A DNA stretch of 64,000 nucleotides from Flavobacteriales bacterium UBA7878 (GTDB lineage Bacteria; Bacteroidota; Bacteroidia; Flavobacteriales; Schleiferiaceae): the NCBI GenBank assembly GCA_002501205.1, contig DLRW01000073.1, positions 48,287 to 112,286 of the forward strand, given 5' to 3'. Position 1 is the first letter of the stretch. Each line of letters begins with the position of its first letter. This document shows, one piece after another, positions 1 through 9,082 of the stretch. The notes below the pieces were generated by a model. It was given only the letters and a program-made list of their open reading frames with translations, ran no database searches and was not told where the DNA came from. The translations under genes were made by a program, and so were the position numbers.

Positions 1-8
1 AGTTGGCT

Positions 9-896
9 ATGGGTCAAACCAATTACAAGTTCCTGTTTGCATTTGTATTTCTAAGTTTTTGTGGGGTATTACATTCCCAAAACTTTTTGGCTTTTCCTGA
101 TTCGAATGCCCGATGGGTTAATGAAAAGACTGAATTCGGGCAATACACTGGAGGTTCCTGGCTACGATCTGCGCCAGAATACTTTGTCAATCATGAGGAT
201 ACTTTAATAGGGGGGCAATATCATACTAAGCTTTTTGAGCTACACCATAATCAGGTAATCTACAAGGGAGCTTACAGGCAAGATTCTGCTCGACTCTATC
301 TAGTTCCGGCAGACGATGAAACAGAATACCTGGTTTATGATTTTAATGCTCAGGTAGGGGATACCCTTGAAGATTGGTACTTCCTTGCTTCGAGAGGGAT
401 GGAGAGTTGGAGCCAACAAGGAACATTTACAGTGGACGCCATTGACACCATTGACACCTTTTTAGGAAGTCGACGCAGGCTTGTAACAAGTATGGAGAGC
501 TTTATTGAAGGGATTGGCTGTGAAACCGGTTTTTTGGAAGGCCCCTGCCCGTGTCTTTCAGGTTGGTCCTATAACTTAACTTGCTTTAGCATCGGTGATT
601 CCACTTATTACGACAATCGGTATATTTCCTATTCAGCCACGGCCGGTAACTGCGAAGCCTATTTTGATTTAGCGGAAGAGGTGAAGGAAGAATTTGAGAT
701 TTACCCTAATCCTTCTGAGGGAATGCTGTATTTCAAAACACTGGAGCCCGGTAAATTAGAGCTATTTACTATTGACGGACAAAAGCTGTGGTCAGGCTGG
801 CTTGAAAATGAAGGTCAACTTGATTTTTCTCATCTGCCGAAAGGCCTATACTGGATAAGCCTTTCGGGGACGAGTAAAAAATGGATTAAGCGTTAG
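9..896 (+). CDS. Secreted protein with T9SS C-terminal sorting domain
   Basis: ORF 3..896. The ATG at 9 gives signal peptide MGQTNYKFLFAFVFLSFCGVLHSQ. The C-terminal EIYPNPSEGMLYFKT...KGLYWISL fits the Por-secretion-tail pattern. Confidence 0.7.
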   Translation: MGQTNYKFLFAFVFLSFCGVLHSQNFLAFPDSNARWVNEKTEFGQYTGGSWLRSAPEYFVNHEDTLIGGQYHTKLFELHHNQVIYKGAYRQDSARLYLVPADDETEYLVYDFNAQVGDTLEDWYFLASRGMESWSQQGTFTVDAIDTIDTFLGSRRRLVTSMESFIEGIGCETGFLEGPCPCLSGWSYNLTCFSIGDSTYYDNRYISYSATAGNCEAYFDLAEEVKEEFEIYPNPSEGMLYFKTLEPGKLELFTIDGQKLWSGWLENEGQLDFSHLPKGLYWISLSGTSKKWIKR

Positions 897-1149
897 AGCT
901 AAAGTTTCCAGCTTATTTCAATTTACGAATCAGTCGAACCGGTACGCCAAAACCTCCTTGCCAGGGGTTCATGTCTTCCACTTCTATTTGGGTTTCCTTT
1001 AGGATAGTCGAATAATTGCAATACTTAGCTGTTAGGTAATAGTGAGATATATTTTTAAAGTATAGAAGCCCAAAAGTTTCAAAACATGAATAAGCCTGAA
1101 GGATGTATCCTTCCTGCATTATCTCCTAACTTAGCCCAAAAGAAAATTC

Positions 1150-1929
1150 ATGTCCGAATATATCCTTAGTTCACAGGAGGGCGCTGTGCTAACACTAAGT
1201 TTAAATCGCCCGGATAAATACAATGCTTTTGTTCGCGAAATGGCCTTGGCCCTGCAAGCTGAGCTGGCCCGAGCCCAGAAAGATTCTAAAATTCGCGGGG
1301 TAGTATTAACCGGCATTGGCAAGGCATTTTGTGCGGGTCAGGATTTGGCGGAAGCCACTGATCCCAATGGTCCAGAGCTTACCAAGATTGTAACCGAACA
1401 TTACAATCCGATAATTGAGGCTATTCGAATTCTGGAAAAACCCGTGGTTGCCGCAGTAAATGGTGTGGCTGCCGGAGCAGGGGCCAATATTGCCCTGGCT
1501 TGCGATATTGTAATTGCCAGTGAAGCGGCTTCCTTTATTCAGGCTTTTTCCAAAATTGGACTCATCCCCGATAGTGGTGGGACTTATACCTTACCACGCT
1601 TGGTAGGTTTGCAAAGAGCATCTGCATTAATGATGCTGGGTGATAAAGTTTCGGCTTCAGATGCCTTAGACATGGGCATGATTTACAAATTGGTAGCCGC
1701 CGAAGAGTTAATGCCGGTTGCCCAAAAAGTAGCGGGACAATTGAGTCAAATGCCCACCTTAGCTTTGGCACGAACCAAAGCGCTTCTTAATGCCAGTTAT
1801 CAGAATGATCTGAAATCCCAGTTAGCATTGGAAGATCAGTATCAAACCGAATGCGGTCAAAGTTATGACTACCGCGAAGGCACTGCTGCTTTTCTGGAGA
1901 AGCGTAAACCCGAGTTTAAAGGAGAATAA
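1150..1929 (+). CDS. paaG: Enoyl-CoA hydratase/isomerase, PaaG-type (1,2-epoxyphenylacetyl-CoA isomerase)
   Basis: 259 aa crotonase fold. LTLNRP..N, FCAGQDL, AAVNGVAAGAGANIALACDIVIA and ADYREG..AFLEKRKPEF align closely with my recollection of E. coli PaaG. It lies next to paaH. Confidence 0.8.
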   Translation: MSEYILSSQEGAVLTLSLNRPDKYNAFVREMALALQAELARAQKDSKIRGVVLTGIGKAFCAGQDLAEATDPNGPELTKIVTEHYNPIIEAIRILEKPVVAAVNGVAAGAGANIALACDIVIASEAASFIQAFSKIGLIPDSGGTYTLPRLVGLQRASALMMLGDKVSASDALDMGMIYKLVAAEELMPVAQKVAGQLSQMPTLALARTKALLNASYQNDLKSQLALEDQYQTECGQSYDYREGTAAFLEKRKPEFKGE

Positions 1930-1973
1930 TTTATTAGGACATATTCCGCGAAAGCGGCCAAAAAAGAAATACA

Positions 1974-3128
1974 ATGCAAATAGGAATTGTGGGTGCCGGA
2001 GCGATGGGCTCAGGAATTGCGCAGGTTGCAGCCCAGAATGGACATCGCGTGGTGATTGTAGATAATCATCGTGCAGCTCTGGAAAAGTCGAAAGCCGGAC
2101 ATCAGAAAATTCTCGCTCGTTTGGTAGAGAAAGGCCGTTTGGCCGAAGGCGAAGACCATAAAATTGCCAGTCGGATATCCTATGAAAGCAGCCTCACCGA
2201 ATTAGAGGGCTGTGGTTTGGTGATCGAAGCGATTATTGAAAAGCTGGACATTAAGCAGGCCCTTTTTAAACATCTGGAAGAGGTATGTGGTGCCGATGCG
2301 ATTTTAGCTTCCAATACCAGTTCCCTTTCCATTGCCAGTATTGCGGCGGCCTGTGAAAAGCCCGAGCGCGTGTTGGGGATTCACTTCTTTAACCCTGCGC
2401 CTTTAATGCCTTTGGTGGAGATTATTCCTGCTATTATTTCGGATGAAGCGGTGGTAAATAAAGCCAAATCTCTGATTGATGATTGGGGCAAGGTGACGGT
2501 GCTGGCCAAGGATACCCCAGGCTTTATTGTAAACCGTGTAGCGCGACCTTTTTATGGTGAAGCGGTACGTATTTATGAAGAGGGCGTGGCGGATATTGCG
2601 ACCATCGATTGGGCATTAAGTTCCTTAGGAGGCTTTAGGATGGGCCCCTTCACCCTGATGGATTTTATTGGTCATGATGTGAATTATGCTGTAACCGAAA
2701 GTGTGTTTACGGCCTTTTTCTATGACCCTCGCTATAAGCCCAATTTTAGTCAGAAGCGCTTGGTAGAAGCCGGCTTGCTTGGACGTAAAACCGGCAGAGG
2801 ATTTTATGATTACCGCGAAGGAGCAATACAACCTGAGCCTAAGAAGAATGAGGAGCTTGGGCAATCGATTCTAAACCGGGTATTAGCGATGCTTATTAAT
2901 GAGGCCGCAGATGCTTTGCATTTGGGAATTGCCTCGGCGAAGGATATTGACCTGGCCATGACCAAAGGGGTTAACTATCCGAAAGGGCTCTTGGCTTGGG
3001 CCGATGAAATTGGGTTGGATACGGTACTTGCCACCCTCGATGGCCTATATGATGAATACCGTGAAGATCGCTATCGGGCATCGGTGCTTCTACGTCGTAA
3101 AGTGGCCAAGGGAGAACAATTTTTTTAG
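1974..3128 (+). CDS. paaH: 3-hydroxyacyl-CoA dehydrogenase (PaaH-type)
   Basis: N-terminal Rossmann motif IGIVGAGAMGSGIAQV, then SNTSSL and HFFNPAP motifs of the 3-hydroxyacyl-CoA dehydrogenase family. It directly follows paaG. Confidence 0.8.
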   Translation: MQIGIVGAGAMGSGIAQVAAQNGHRVVIVDNHRAALEKSKAGHQKILARLVEKGRLAEGEDHKIASRISYESSLTELEGCGLVIEAIIEKLDIKQALFKHLEEVCGADAILASNTSSLSIASIAAACEKPERVLGIHFFNPAPLMPLVEIIPAIISDEAVVNKAKSLIDDWGKVTVLAKDTPGFIVNRVARPFYGEAVRIYEEGVADIATIDWALSSLGGFRMGPFTLMDFIGHDVNYAVTESVFTAFFYDPRYKPNFSQKRLVEAGLLGRKTGRGFYDYREGAIQPEPKKNEELGQSILNRVLAMLINEAADALHLGIASAKDIDLAMTKGVNYPKGLLAWADEIGLDTVLATLDGLYDEYREDRYRASVLLRRKVAKGEQFF

Positions 3129-3213
3129 CAGGCACTCAGGTACTTGCGAATTATTTTTAAAGCTGCCGTAATTTAGAGCGGCAGGTTTATACTAACCTTA
3201 TAAATCAACGAGT

Positions 3214-4692
3214 ATGTATTCACAACTCATTAAACAGCGTTGGCTACAGGTTTTTCGCAGCACCTATTTTCGCCAAGGCTGGGGAGTAAAAATTCTAATG
3301 GCCCTTTTGGCCCTTTATTTCTTGGCTTCTTTTGGGGCACTGGGATTTTTCATGAAGGAAATTCTCTCCGATAGCTTTGAGGATGCCACTAAATTAACCC
3401 CCATATTTTCCGGGGGGATTTTGTTTTATCTGCTGGCCGATTTGGTGATGCGCTTTTTCTTGCAGGATTTAAGTGTGATTTCCGTGCAGCATTACCTCAC
3501 TTTGCCCATTTCAAAGAAGAAGATCATTCACTTCTTATTGCAGGGATCGGTATTCAATTTCTTTAACCTGCTGCCTTTACTCTTTATTCTACCCTGGGCC
3601 TTTCGAGTTATTCCGGGAGAATATGGTTTGGATGTGGCTTTGGTGTGGATTGCAGGTATGCTGGGAGTAATGCTGAGTAATCATTTCCTGGCTATTTACC
3701 TCAAGCGGATTTTAGCAGTTAAAGCGGCCGTTTTCTGGGGCATTGCCCTGGTCTTTATAGCTAGCTATGCCGCCCATTATTTAGGGTATATCGCCCTGGA
3801 TGAGATTTCAGAAGCCATTTATCTACCCTTAGCTACTCAGCCTGTTGCCGTTCTATGGCCCCTGGTACTGATGCTGCTTATCTATTTTGTAAACTACCGC
3901 TTCTTATTGGGCATGACCCACTTGGATCGCTGGCGTACCAAAGCTAAAGAGGCCAGTAGCTTGCGTTTCTCCTATTTGGAAAATCGCGGAGTATTAGGCT
4001 TAATGATGGCCAATGAATTGAAGTTGATCACCCGAAATCGCAGAACCAAAACCGCCCTTTACCTAAGTGTGTTTTTTGCTTTTTATGGTTTGATATTCTA
4101 TACCCAAGAAGCGTATAGTGACAACTATACCTGGTTGATGTTTGTGGGCATCTTTATGACCGGCATCTTCATGATTAATTACGGTCAGTTTTTGGTTAGT
4201 TGGGAAAGTGCCTATTTTGATGGGATTCTTACCCGCGCCTATTCCATGGAGGAGTTTTATCGGGCTAAATACTATTTAATGGTATTAAGTTGTGTGATCA
4301 TGTATTTGCTCACTTTACCCTATATGTATTTCGGGATGAAAGCGCTGTACATCAATACGGCGACCCTCTTATACAATATTGGCATCAACACGGCGGTGCT
4401 TCTATATGCCAGCACCTACAATAAGAAGGCAATTGACTTAAGTAAGGGATCGGCCTTTAACTATCAAGGTACCGGGGCCGCGCAGTTTGTGATTGTAATT
4501 CCCCTGATGATTGTTCCTTTATTGGTCTTTCAGGCCTTTAATGTTTTCGACGAACCCTATTGGGGTTTGATTTTCCTTAGCGCTTTAGGCATTGGCGGAA
4601 TCTTGAGCCACCGCCTGTTTATTCGCCAAACCATCATCAATTTTAAAGAGAAGAAATACATCAATGCAGCGGGCTACCGTCAGCATGACTAA
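3214..4692 (+). CDS. Polytopic membrane protein, probable permease partner of the downstream ABC ATPase (DUF5687-like)
   Basis: 492 aa with many hydrophobic helices. There is a 12-nt gap to the ABC ATPase gene. The N-terminus resembles Bacteroidota DUF5687 proteins (from memory). Confidence 0.55.
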   Translation: MYSQLIKQRWLQVFRSTYFRQGWGVKILMALLALYFLASFGALGFFMKEILSDSFEDATKLTPIFSGGILFYLLADLVMRFFLQDLSVISVQHYLTLPISKKKIIHFLLQGSVFNFFNLLPLLFILPWAFRVIPGEYGLDVALVWIAGMLGVMLSNHFLAIYLKRILAVKAAVFWGIALVFIASYAAHYLGYIALDEISEAIYLPLATQPVAVLWPLVLMLLIYFVNYRFLLGMTHLDRWRTKAKEASSLRFSYLENRGVLGLMMANELKLITRNRRTKTALYLSVFFAFYGLIFYTQEAYSDNYTWLMFVGIFMTGIFMINYGQFLVSWESAYFDGILTRAYSMEEFYRAKYYLMVLSCVIMYLLTLPYMYFGMKALYINTATLLYNIGINTAVLLYASTYNKKAIDLSKGSAFNYQGTGAAQFVIVIPLMIVPLLVFQAFNVFDEPYWGLIFLSALGIGGILSHRLFIRQTIINFKEKKYINAAGYRQHD

Positions 4693-4704
4693 AAATATAC
4701 TAGC

Positions 4705-5466
4705 ATGGAAATCTTAGAAGTAAAAGACCTCACTAAAGTTTATAATTCCCAGACTGTATTGGATATCCCCGAATTGAAGTTCAAAGCGGGCCAATCCATG
4801 GGTTTAGTAGGAAATAATGGTGCTGGGAAAACCACCTTGTTCCGCCTCATTCTGGATTTAATTAAAGCCAATCGCGGTTCGGTTTGGAGTAAGGGCGAGG
4901 ATGTATCTAAAAGCGAAGTTTGGAAGAAATATACCGGCAGCTTTATCGATGAGGGCTTTTTGATCGATTATTTAAGCCCGGATGAATACTTCCAGTTTAT
5001 TGGGCGCTTGCACGGTTTAACCCGTGGAGATTTAGAAGCCCGTTTATCACAGTACGAAGACTTTTTTGCCGGTGAAATCCGCGGAGGTAAGAAATACATT
5101 CGCGACCTTTCCAAGGGTAACCAGAAGAAAGTAGGTGTAGTAGGAGCCTTATTGGGAGATCCGGATATTTTAATTCTGGATGAACCTTTCGCTAATTTGG
5201 ATCCCTCTACCCAGTATCGCTTACGCGATGAGCTTAAGAAGTTGGATCAACAAACTGATATTACAATGCTCATCTCCAGTCATGACCTGGGTCATGTTAC
5301 CGAGTTCTGCGAGCGTATCGTGATATTGGATCATGGGAAGGTGGTGAAGGATATCCATACCAATACCGAAACCTTAAGTGAATTGGAAGATTTCTTTATT
5401 CAGAAAATAAAAGGAAAAGCCTCCCCTGTTGAGGAAGGAGAGGCTTTTAGCGAATCAAAGGAATAA
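4705..5466 (+). CDS. ABC transporter ATP-binding protein
   Basis: Walker A GNNGAGKTT, signature-like LSKGNQKK, Walker B ILILDEP and H-loop SSHD are present. Confidence 0.9.
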   Translation: MEILEVKDLTKVYNSQTVLDIPELKFKAGQSMGLVGNNGAGKTTLFRLILDLIKANRGSVWSKGEDVSKSEVWKKYTGSFIDEGFLIDYLSPDEYFQFIGRLHGLTRGDLEARLSQYEDFFAGEIRGGKKYIRDLSKGNQKKVGVVGALLGDPDILILDEPFANLDPSTQYRLRDELKKLDQQTDITMLISSHDLGHVTEFCERIVILDHGKVVKDIHTNTETLSELEDFFIQKIKGKASPVEEGEAFSESKE

Positions 5467-5468
5467 TT

Positions 5469-5849
5469 TTAGGCACTTTGAAAGACCACGCGGAAGGCCT
5501 CATCACTGGCCTGTGGGTCGATAATCTTTAGAAGTTTGTTGAGGGCGGCCCAGAGTCGCTCTCTTTCTAAACGCAAATCTTCAATACCTGCTTTAAGGCG
5601 ATCGATTTCCGCTTCGTATTCCCATTTCTGTTTATCGGGAATAACCTGATCCATTAGGTCCCGGGGATCGATTTGCAAATGGTCACAAATAATCAGAAAA
5701 CGCTCTAAATTGAGTGGACTCTGTCCGTTTTCCATTTTGCGATAAGCATCCCGTCCTAAGTTTAAAAGCAGAGCCATGTCTTCCTGGCTCTTATGTCTTT
5801 TTTTCCTGGCAATTTTTACTTGCTCAATAATGGAAGAATAAACAGTCAT
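5469..5849 (-). CDS. XRE-family helix-turn-helix transcriptional regulator with C-terminal coiled coil
   Basis: ORF 5469..5957. The internal ATG at 5849 (MTVYSSIIEQVK...) precedes an HTH_3-like segment KSQEDMALLLNLGRDAYRKMENGQ. The upstream 36 codons look non-coding. Confidence 0.65.
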   Translation of the reverse strand: MTVYSSIIEQVKIARKKRHKSQEDMALLLNLGRDAYRKMENGQSPLNLERFLIICDHLQIDPRDLMDQVIPDKQKWEYEAEIDRLKAGIEDLRLERERLWAALNKLLKIIDPQASDEAFRVVFQSA

Positions 5850-6133
5850 GATTAAGGGGCTTATTGGAAAGCTAAGGTGGGAAAAATAGTAGGTAGCAAA
5901 TAGAGGGTTTTCCCCTATTTTTTTTGTGGAAAAAAGCGGTGAAATATGGTTAATCATCTAAAAAACAATGGTTAATGTTATAATTCAATAACCTGCTAGT
6001 TTTCAGCATTGGATCAGGAATAGTCTTTTATTCTCTTTGGATAGTCGTTTTGAGAAGACATACATCTATCTGAAATTCTCCTGAAAACGGAGACCTTGTT
6101 ACGGGCAATTCACGCCACAGCGAATAGAACAAT

Positions 6134-6141
6134 TACCTTTG
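6134..6141 (+). promoter_or_regulatory. Candidate Bacteroidota -7 promoter box (TACCTTTG)
   Basis: Exact match to the TAnnTTTG consensus, only 4 nt before the ATG at 6146. If real, the mRNA would be near-leaderless. Confidence 0.2.
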
Positions 6142-6145
6142 CGAC

Positions 6146-6631
6146 ATGCAAAAGAAACGCGATCATATTGCCGAGTCTATCGCAGACTATATGGCAATGA
6201 GTAGTGAGGAACAAGGGGCTATGATTGCCCGAGTGATGGAAGATCAACCCTTTCTAATGGGTTTTTTAACCGATGTGGCAGATGAGTTTAGTGATGCTCA
6301 GCATGAGTCCCTGGTAGACTCGGTGATGATCTTACTTAATGCCTTTATAGCGGCTGGAATGCCGGTAGGTTTGATTCCGGGTCCGGCATTGGAAGAAGTT
6401 ATAAAGGAACGCACGGAGGCTTATACCGAAGCTGATGTATTACTCCCGGAAGTATCAGAAAGCCCCAAGGTGTTTCAGGACCTTCGCAATTTGGCCATCG
6501 TTAAAGCCGATTTAAACGTGGATAGTGAGCAGGACTTGGCGAACTTCAATTTGATGCTGGATATCCTAATTACTTCTGTGGAGCGCATGGCTGATTATGA
6601 GCAAAAGCAAAAAGACGGTCCCGAATCATGA
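6146..6631 (+). CDS. Acidic hypothetical protein, translationally coupled to paaI
   Basis: 161-aa ORF rich in D/E. Its stop overlaps the paaI start (ATGA at 6628-6631). I recognise no family. Confidence 0.5.
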   Translation: MQKKRDHIAESIADYMAMSSEEQGAMIARVMEDQPFLMGFLTDVADEFSDAQHESLVDSVMILLNAFIAAGMPVGLIPGPALEEVIKERTEAYTEADVLLPEVSESPKVFQDLRNLAIVKADLNVDSEQDLANFNLMLDILITSVERMADYEQKQKDGPES

Positions 6632-7035
6632 AAACGGCCAGGGAAGTAGTAGATACTATGTACAATGGGGATGCCTTTAGCCAATGGCTGGGCATAGAGG
6701 TGGAATCTTGCGAAGCGGGTGCATGCAAACTCAGCATGCGCGTGCGAGAGGAAATGACCAATGGCTTCAAGATCGCCCATGGTGGAATTTCCTATTCCCT
6801 AGCAGATAGTGCCCTGGCTTTTGCCAGCAATGGCCATGGCCAACACGCGCTTTCCATTGAAACAGCCATTTCTCATACCAAGCCGGTAAAAGCCGGTGAA
6901 AAGATTAGTGCCACGGCCAGTGAGATTCGCAAGAGCCGTAGCATTGGCATTTATGAAGTGCGAGTGGAAAATGAGGCAGGGGATTTAATCGCCCATTTCA
7001 AAGGCACCGTTTTTCGTAAGGATACCGAGTGGTAG
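6628..7035 (+). CDS. paaI: Hotdog-fold acyl-CoA thioesterase, PaaI-type
   Basis: 135 aa. The NG....HGG....LADSA.A.A core and overall length match PaaI-family thioesterases. Confidence 0.8.
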   Translation: MKTAREVVDTMYNGDAFSQWLGIEVESCEAGACKLSMRVREEMTNGFKIAHGGISYSLADSALAFASNGHGQHALSIETAISHTKPVKAGEKISATASEIRKSRSIGIYEVRVENEAGDLIAHFKGTVFRKDTEW

Positions 7036-7076
7036 AATAAATTCTTAGTGTATATTTGACACTAAGACCAATTGTC

Positions 7077-7778
7077 ATGTATATAGAATTCTCTCCAGAC
7101 GATTTTCAAGTGGCCTTAAGTACTTCAGTTGTGCTTTATGGTTTCGATGGGGAGGACCTCAAACTCCTGATTGGCACCAAAACCAATGAGCCCTATAAAG
7201 GGGCTGATGTATTGCCCTCGGTGGTGGTTAGGCCCAAGGAGGATCCTATTTTGGTAGCTAGGGAGCTGATGCGCTCCATTACCGGTTTCGATGATTGGTT
7301 AATAGAAAGGCTTAATGTGTTTGCCGATCCCTATCGCAATCCGGTGGGGCGGGTCGTAAATATTGCCTATTACGGTACTTTGCGCTTGAGCGAAGATTTG
7401 GAAAACGACCTACGCCATTCGGAATACCGTTGGGTGAAGGCCGACCATATTCCGCCTTTGGCTTACGATCACAATGACATTGTCGACTATTCCAAAGAGC
7501 GGTTGAAGCGGCGGGTAAAGCGTCGTCCTATTGGTTTTAGTTTATTGCCGCGTGAGTTCACTCTTAATCAAATTCAGCGGCTTTATGAATGTGCTCTGGG
7601 TCGGGAATTGGATAAACGAAATTTTCGGCGCAAGCTTTTAAAGTCAGAATTGTTGATCGATACCGGTAAAACTATACGAAGCTCTCCACGGGCCAAACGT
7701 CCTTCCGGTTTGTTTCGATTCGACGAGAAGAAGTACCGCACCCTCTCTTTGGAAGGTTACGATTTCGTGTATCAGTAA
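7077..7778 (+). CDS. Nudix-fold plus winged-helix transcriptional regulator (NrtR-like), degenerate Nudix box
   Basis: ORF 7056..7778, with the first ATG at 7077. The Nudix-box position reads ARELMRSITG instead of REUXEEXGU. The C-terminal segment FTLNQIQRLYECALGRELDKRNFRRKLL resembles the NrtR wHTH. Confidence 0.55.
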   Translation: MYIEFSPDDFQVALSTSVVLYGFDGEDLKLLIGTKTNEPYKGADVLPSVVVRPKEDPILVARELMRSITGFDDWLIERLNVFADPYRNPVGRVVNIAYYGTLRLSEDLENDLRHSEYRWVKADHIPPLAYDHNDIVDYSKERLKRRVKRRPIGFSLLPREFTLNQIQRLYECALGRELDKRNFRRKLLKSELLIDTGKTIRSSPRAKRPSGLFRFDEKKYRTLSLEGYDFVYQ

Positions 7779-7842
7779 GTCTCGGTTCCCGGGCAATTGC
7801 GATATTCGCAGCGGCGTAAAGCCGATCTGAAAAACACCTCTC

Positions 7843-9051
7843 ATGAAAGAAGCATATATCGTAGACGGAATCCGCACTCCTATTGGCAGTTTTGGTGGTA
7901 GCCTATCAGGCCTCCGAGCTGATGATATGGGAGCCCTGGTTATAAAAACCCTTATTGAACGCAATTCTAATTTAGATCCAGCAACTATCGCCGATGTAAT
8001 TATGGGCTGTGCCAACCAGGCTGGTGAAGACAATCGAAATGTAGCAAGGATGTCGGCCTTATTAGCGGGCCTACCCCATTCAGTGCCCGGAGAAACCGTA
8101 AACCGACTTTGTGCCAGTGGAATGAGTGCCGGAGCCCAGGCTATGCGCGCCATTCGCAATGGTGATGGTGAAGTTTTTGTGGCGGGTGGTTTGGAGCATA
8201 TGACCCGTGCGCCTTATGTAATGAGCAAGCCCAGCAAGGCTTTTGGCACGGACTCTAAGATGTACGATAGCTCTTTCGGCTGGCGTTTCGTAAACCCAGA
8301 AATGTTTAAACGCTATGGCACCGATGCCATGGGAGAAACAGCTGAAAATCTGGTTGATCAATTTGGTATTAGCCGCGAAGATCAGGATAAATTCGCTTTA
8401 TGGTCGCAGCAAAAAGCCACTGCAGCAACGGAAAGCGGAAGATTGGCTGAAGAGATTGTAAAAGTTTCGATTCCGCGTCGTAAGCAAGAAGATTTGGTTT
8501 TTGCAGCCGATGAGTTTATCAAGCCAAAATCAAGCTTGGAGATTTTAGGGAAATTACGTCCCGCCTTCCGGAAAGAAGGAGGAACCGTAACTGCCGGAAA
8601 TGCCTCAGGTTTAAATGACGGAGCCGCTGCGCTGTTAGTAGCTTCTGAACAAGGCTTAAAAGATCAGAACCTAAAACCCCTGGCCCGAATGGTGTCTATG
8701 GGTGTAGCTGGGGTGGAGCCTCGCATTATGGGAATCGGTCCGGTTTACGCCTCAGAGATTGCGCTTAAGAAAGCAGGATTAAGCCTGGCAGATATGGATA
8801 TCATCGAATTAAACGAAGCCTTCGCGGCACAGGTTTTAGCTTGCACTCGCCAAATGGGTTTGGATGATCAAGATGAGCGCATTAATCCAAATGGTGGAGC
8901 GATAGCCTTAGGTCACCCTCTGGGAATGTCGGGAGCTCGCTTATTGCAAACCGCCGCTATTCAACTCCAAAAAACGGGTAAACGCTATGCTCTGTGTACC
9001 ATGTGCATTGGCGTTGGACAAGGTTATGCCGTGGTTATAGAGCGCGCTTAA
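7843..9051 (+). CDS. paaJ: 3-oxoadipyl-CoA / acetyl-CoA C-acyltransferase (thiolase)
   Basis: 402 aa. Thiolase motifs are NRLCASGM (active Cys), NEAFAAQ, NPNGGAIALGHPLGMSGARL and CIGVGQG. It sits in paa gene context. Confidence 0.85.
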   Translation: MKEAYIVDGIRTPIGSFGGSLSGLRADDMGALVIKTLIERNSNLDPATIADVIMGCANQAGEDNRNVARMSALLAGLPHSVPGETVNRLCASGMSAGAQAMRAIRNGDGEVFVAGGLEHMTRAPYVMSKPSKAFGTDSKMYDSSFGWRFVNPEMFKRYGTDAMGETAENLVDQFGISREDQDKFALWSQQKATAATESGRLAEEIVKVSIPRRKQEDLVFAADEFIKPKSSLEILGKLRPAFRKEGGTVTAGNASGLNDGAAALLVASEQGLKDQNLKPLARMVSMGVAGVEPRIMGIGPVYASEIALKKAGLSLADMDIIELNEAFAAQVLACTRQMGLDDQDERINPNGGAIALGHPLGMSGARLLQTAAIQLQKTGKRYALCTMCIGVGQGYAVVIERA

Positions 9052-9082
9052 GCAACCTCCTCTGGGCTTTGCGTCTGTATTG

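Noticed and set aside
913-1119. 68-aa minus-strand ORF between the first T9SS gene and paaG
   Set aside because: It has no recognisable motif. Its start would lie only 30 nt from the divergent paaG start, and it fills what is otherwise a normal 253-nt promoter region. I cannot support it as a gene.
7644-8159. 171-aa minus-strand ORF spanning the Nudix-regulator/paaJ junction
   Set aside because: It overlaps two well-supported plus-strand genes and has a Pro/Arg/Ala-rich shadow-frame composition.
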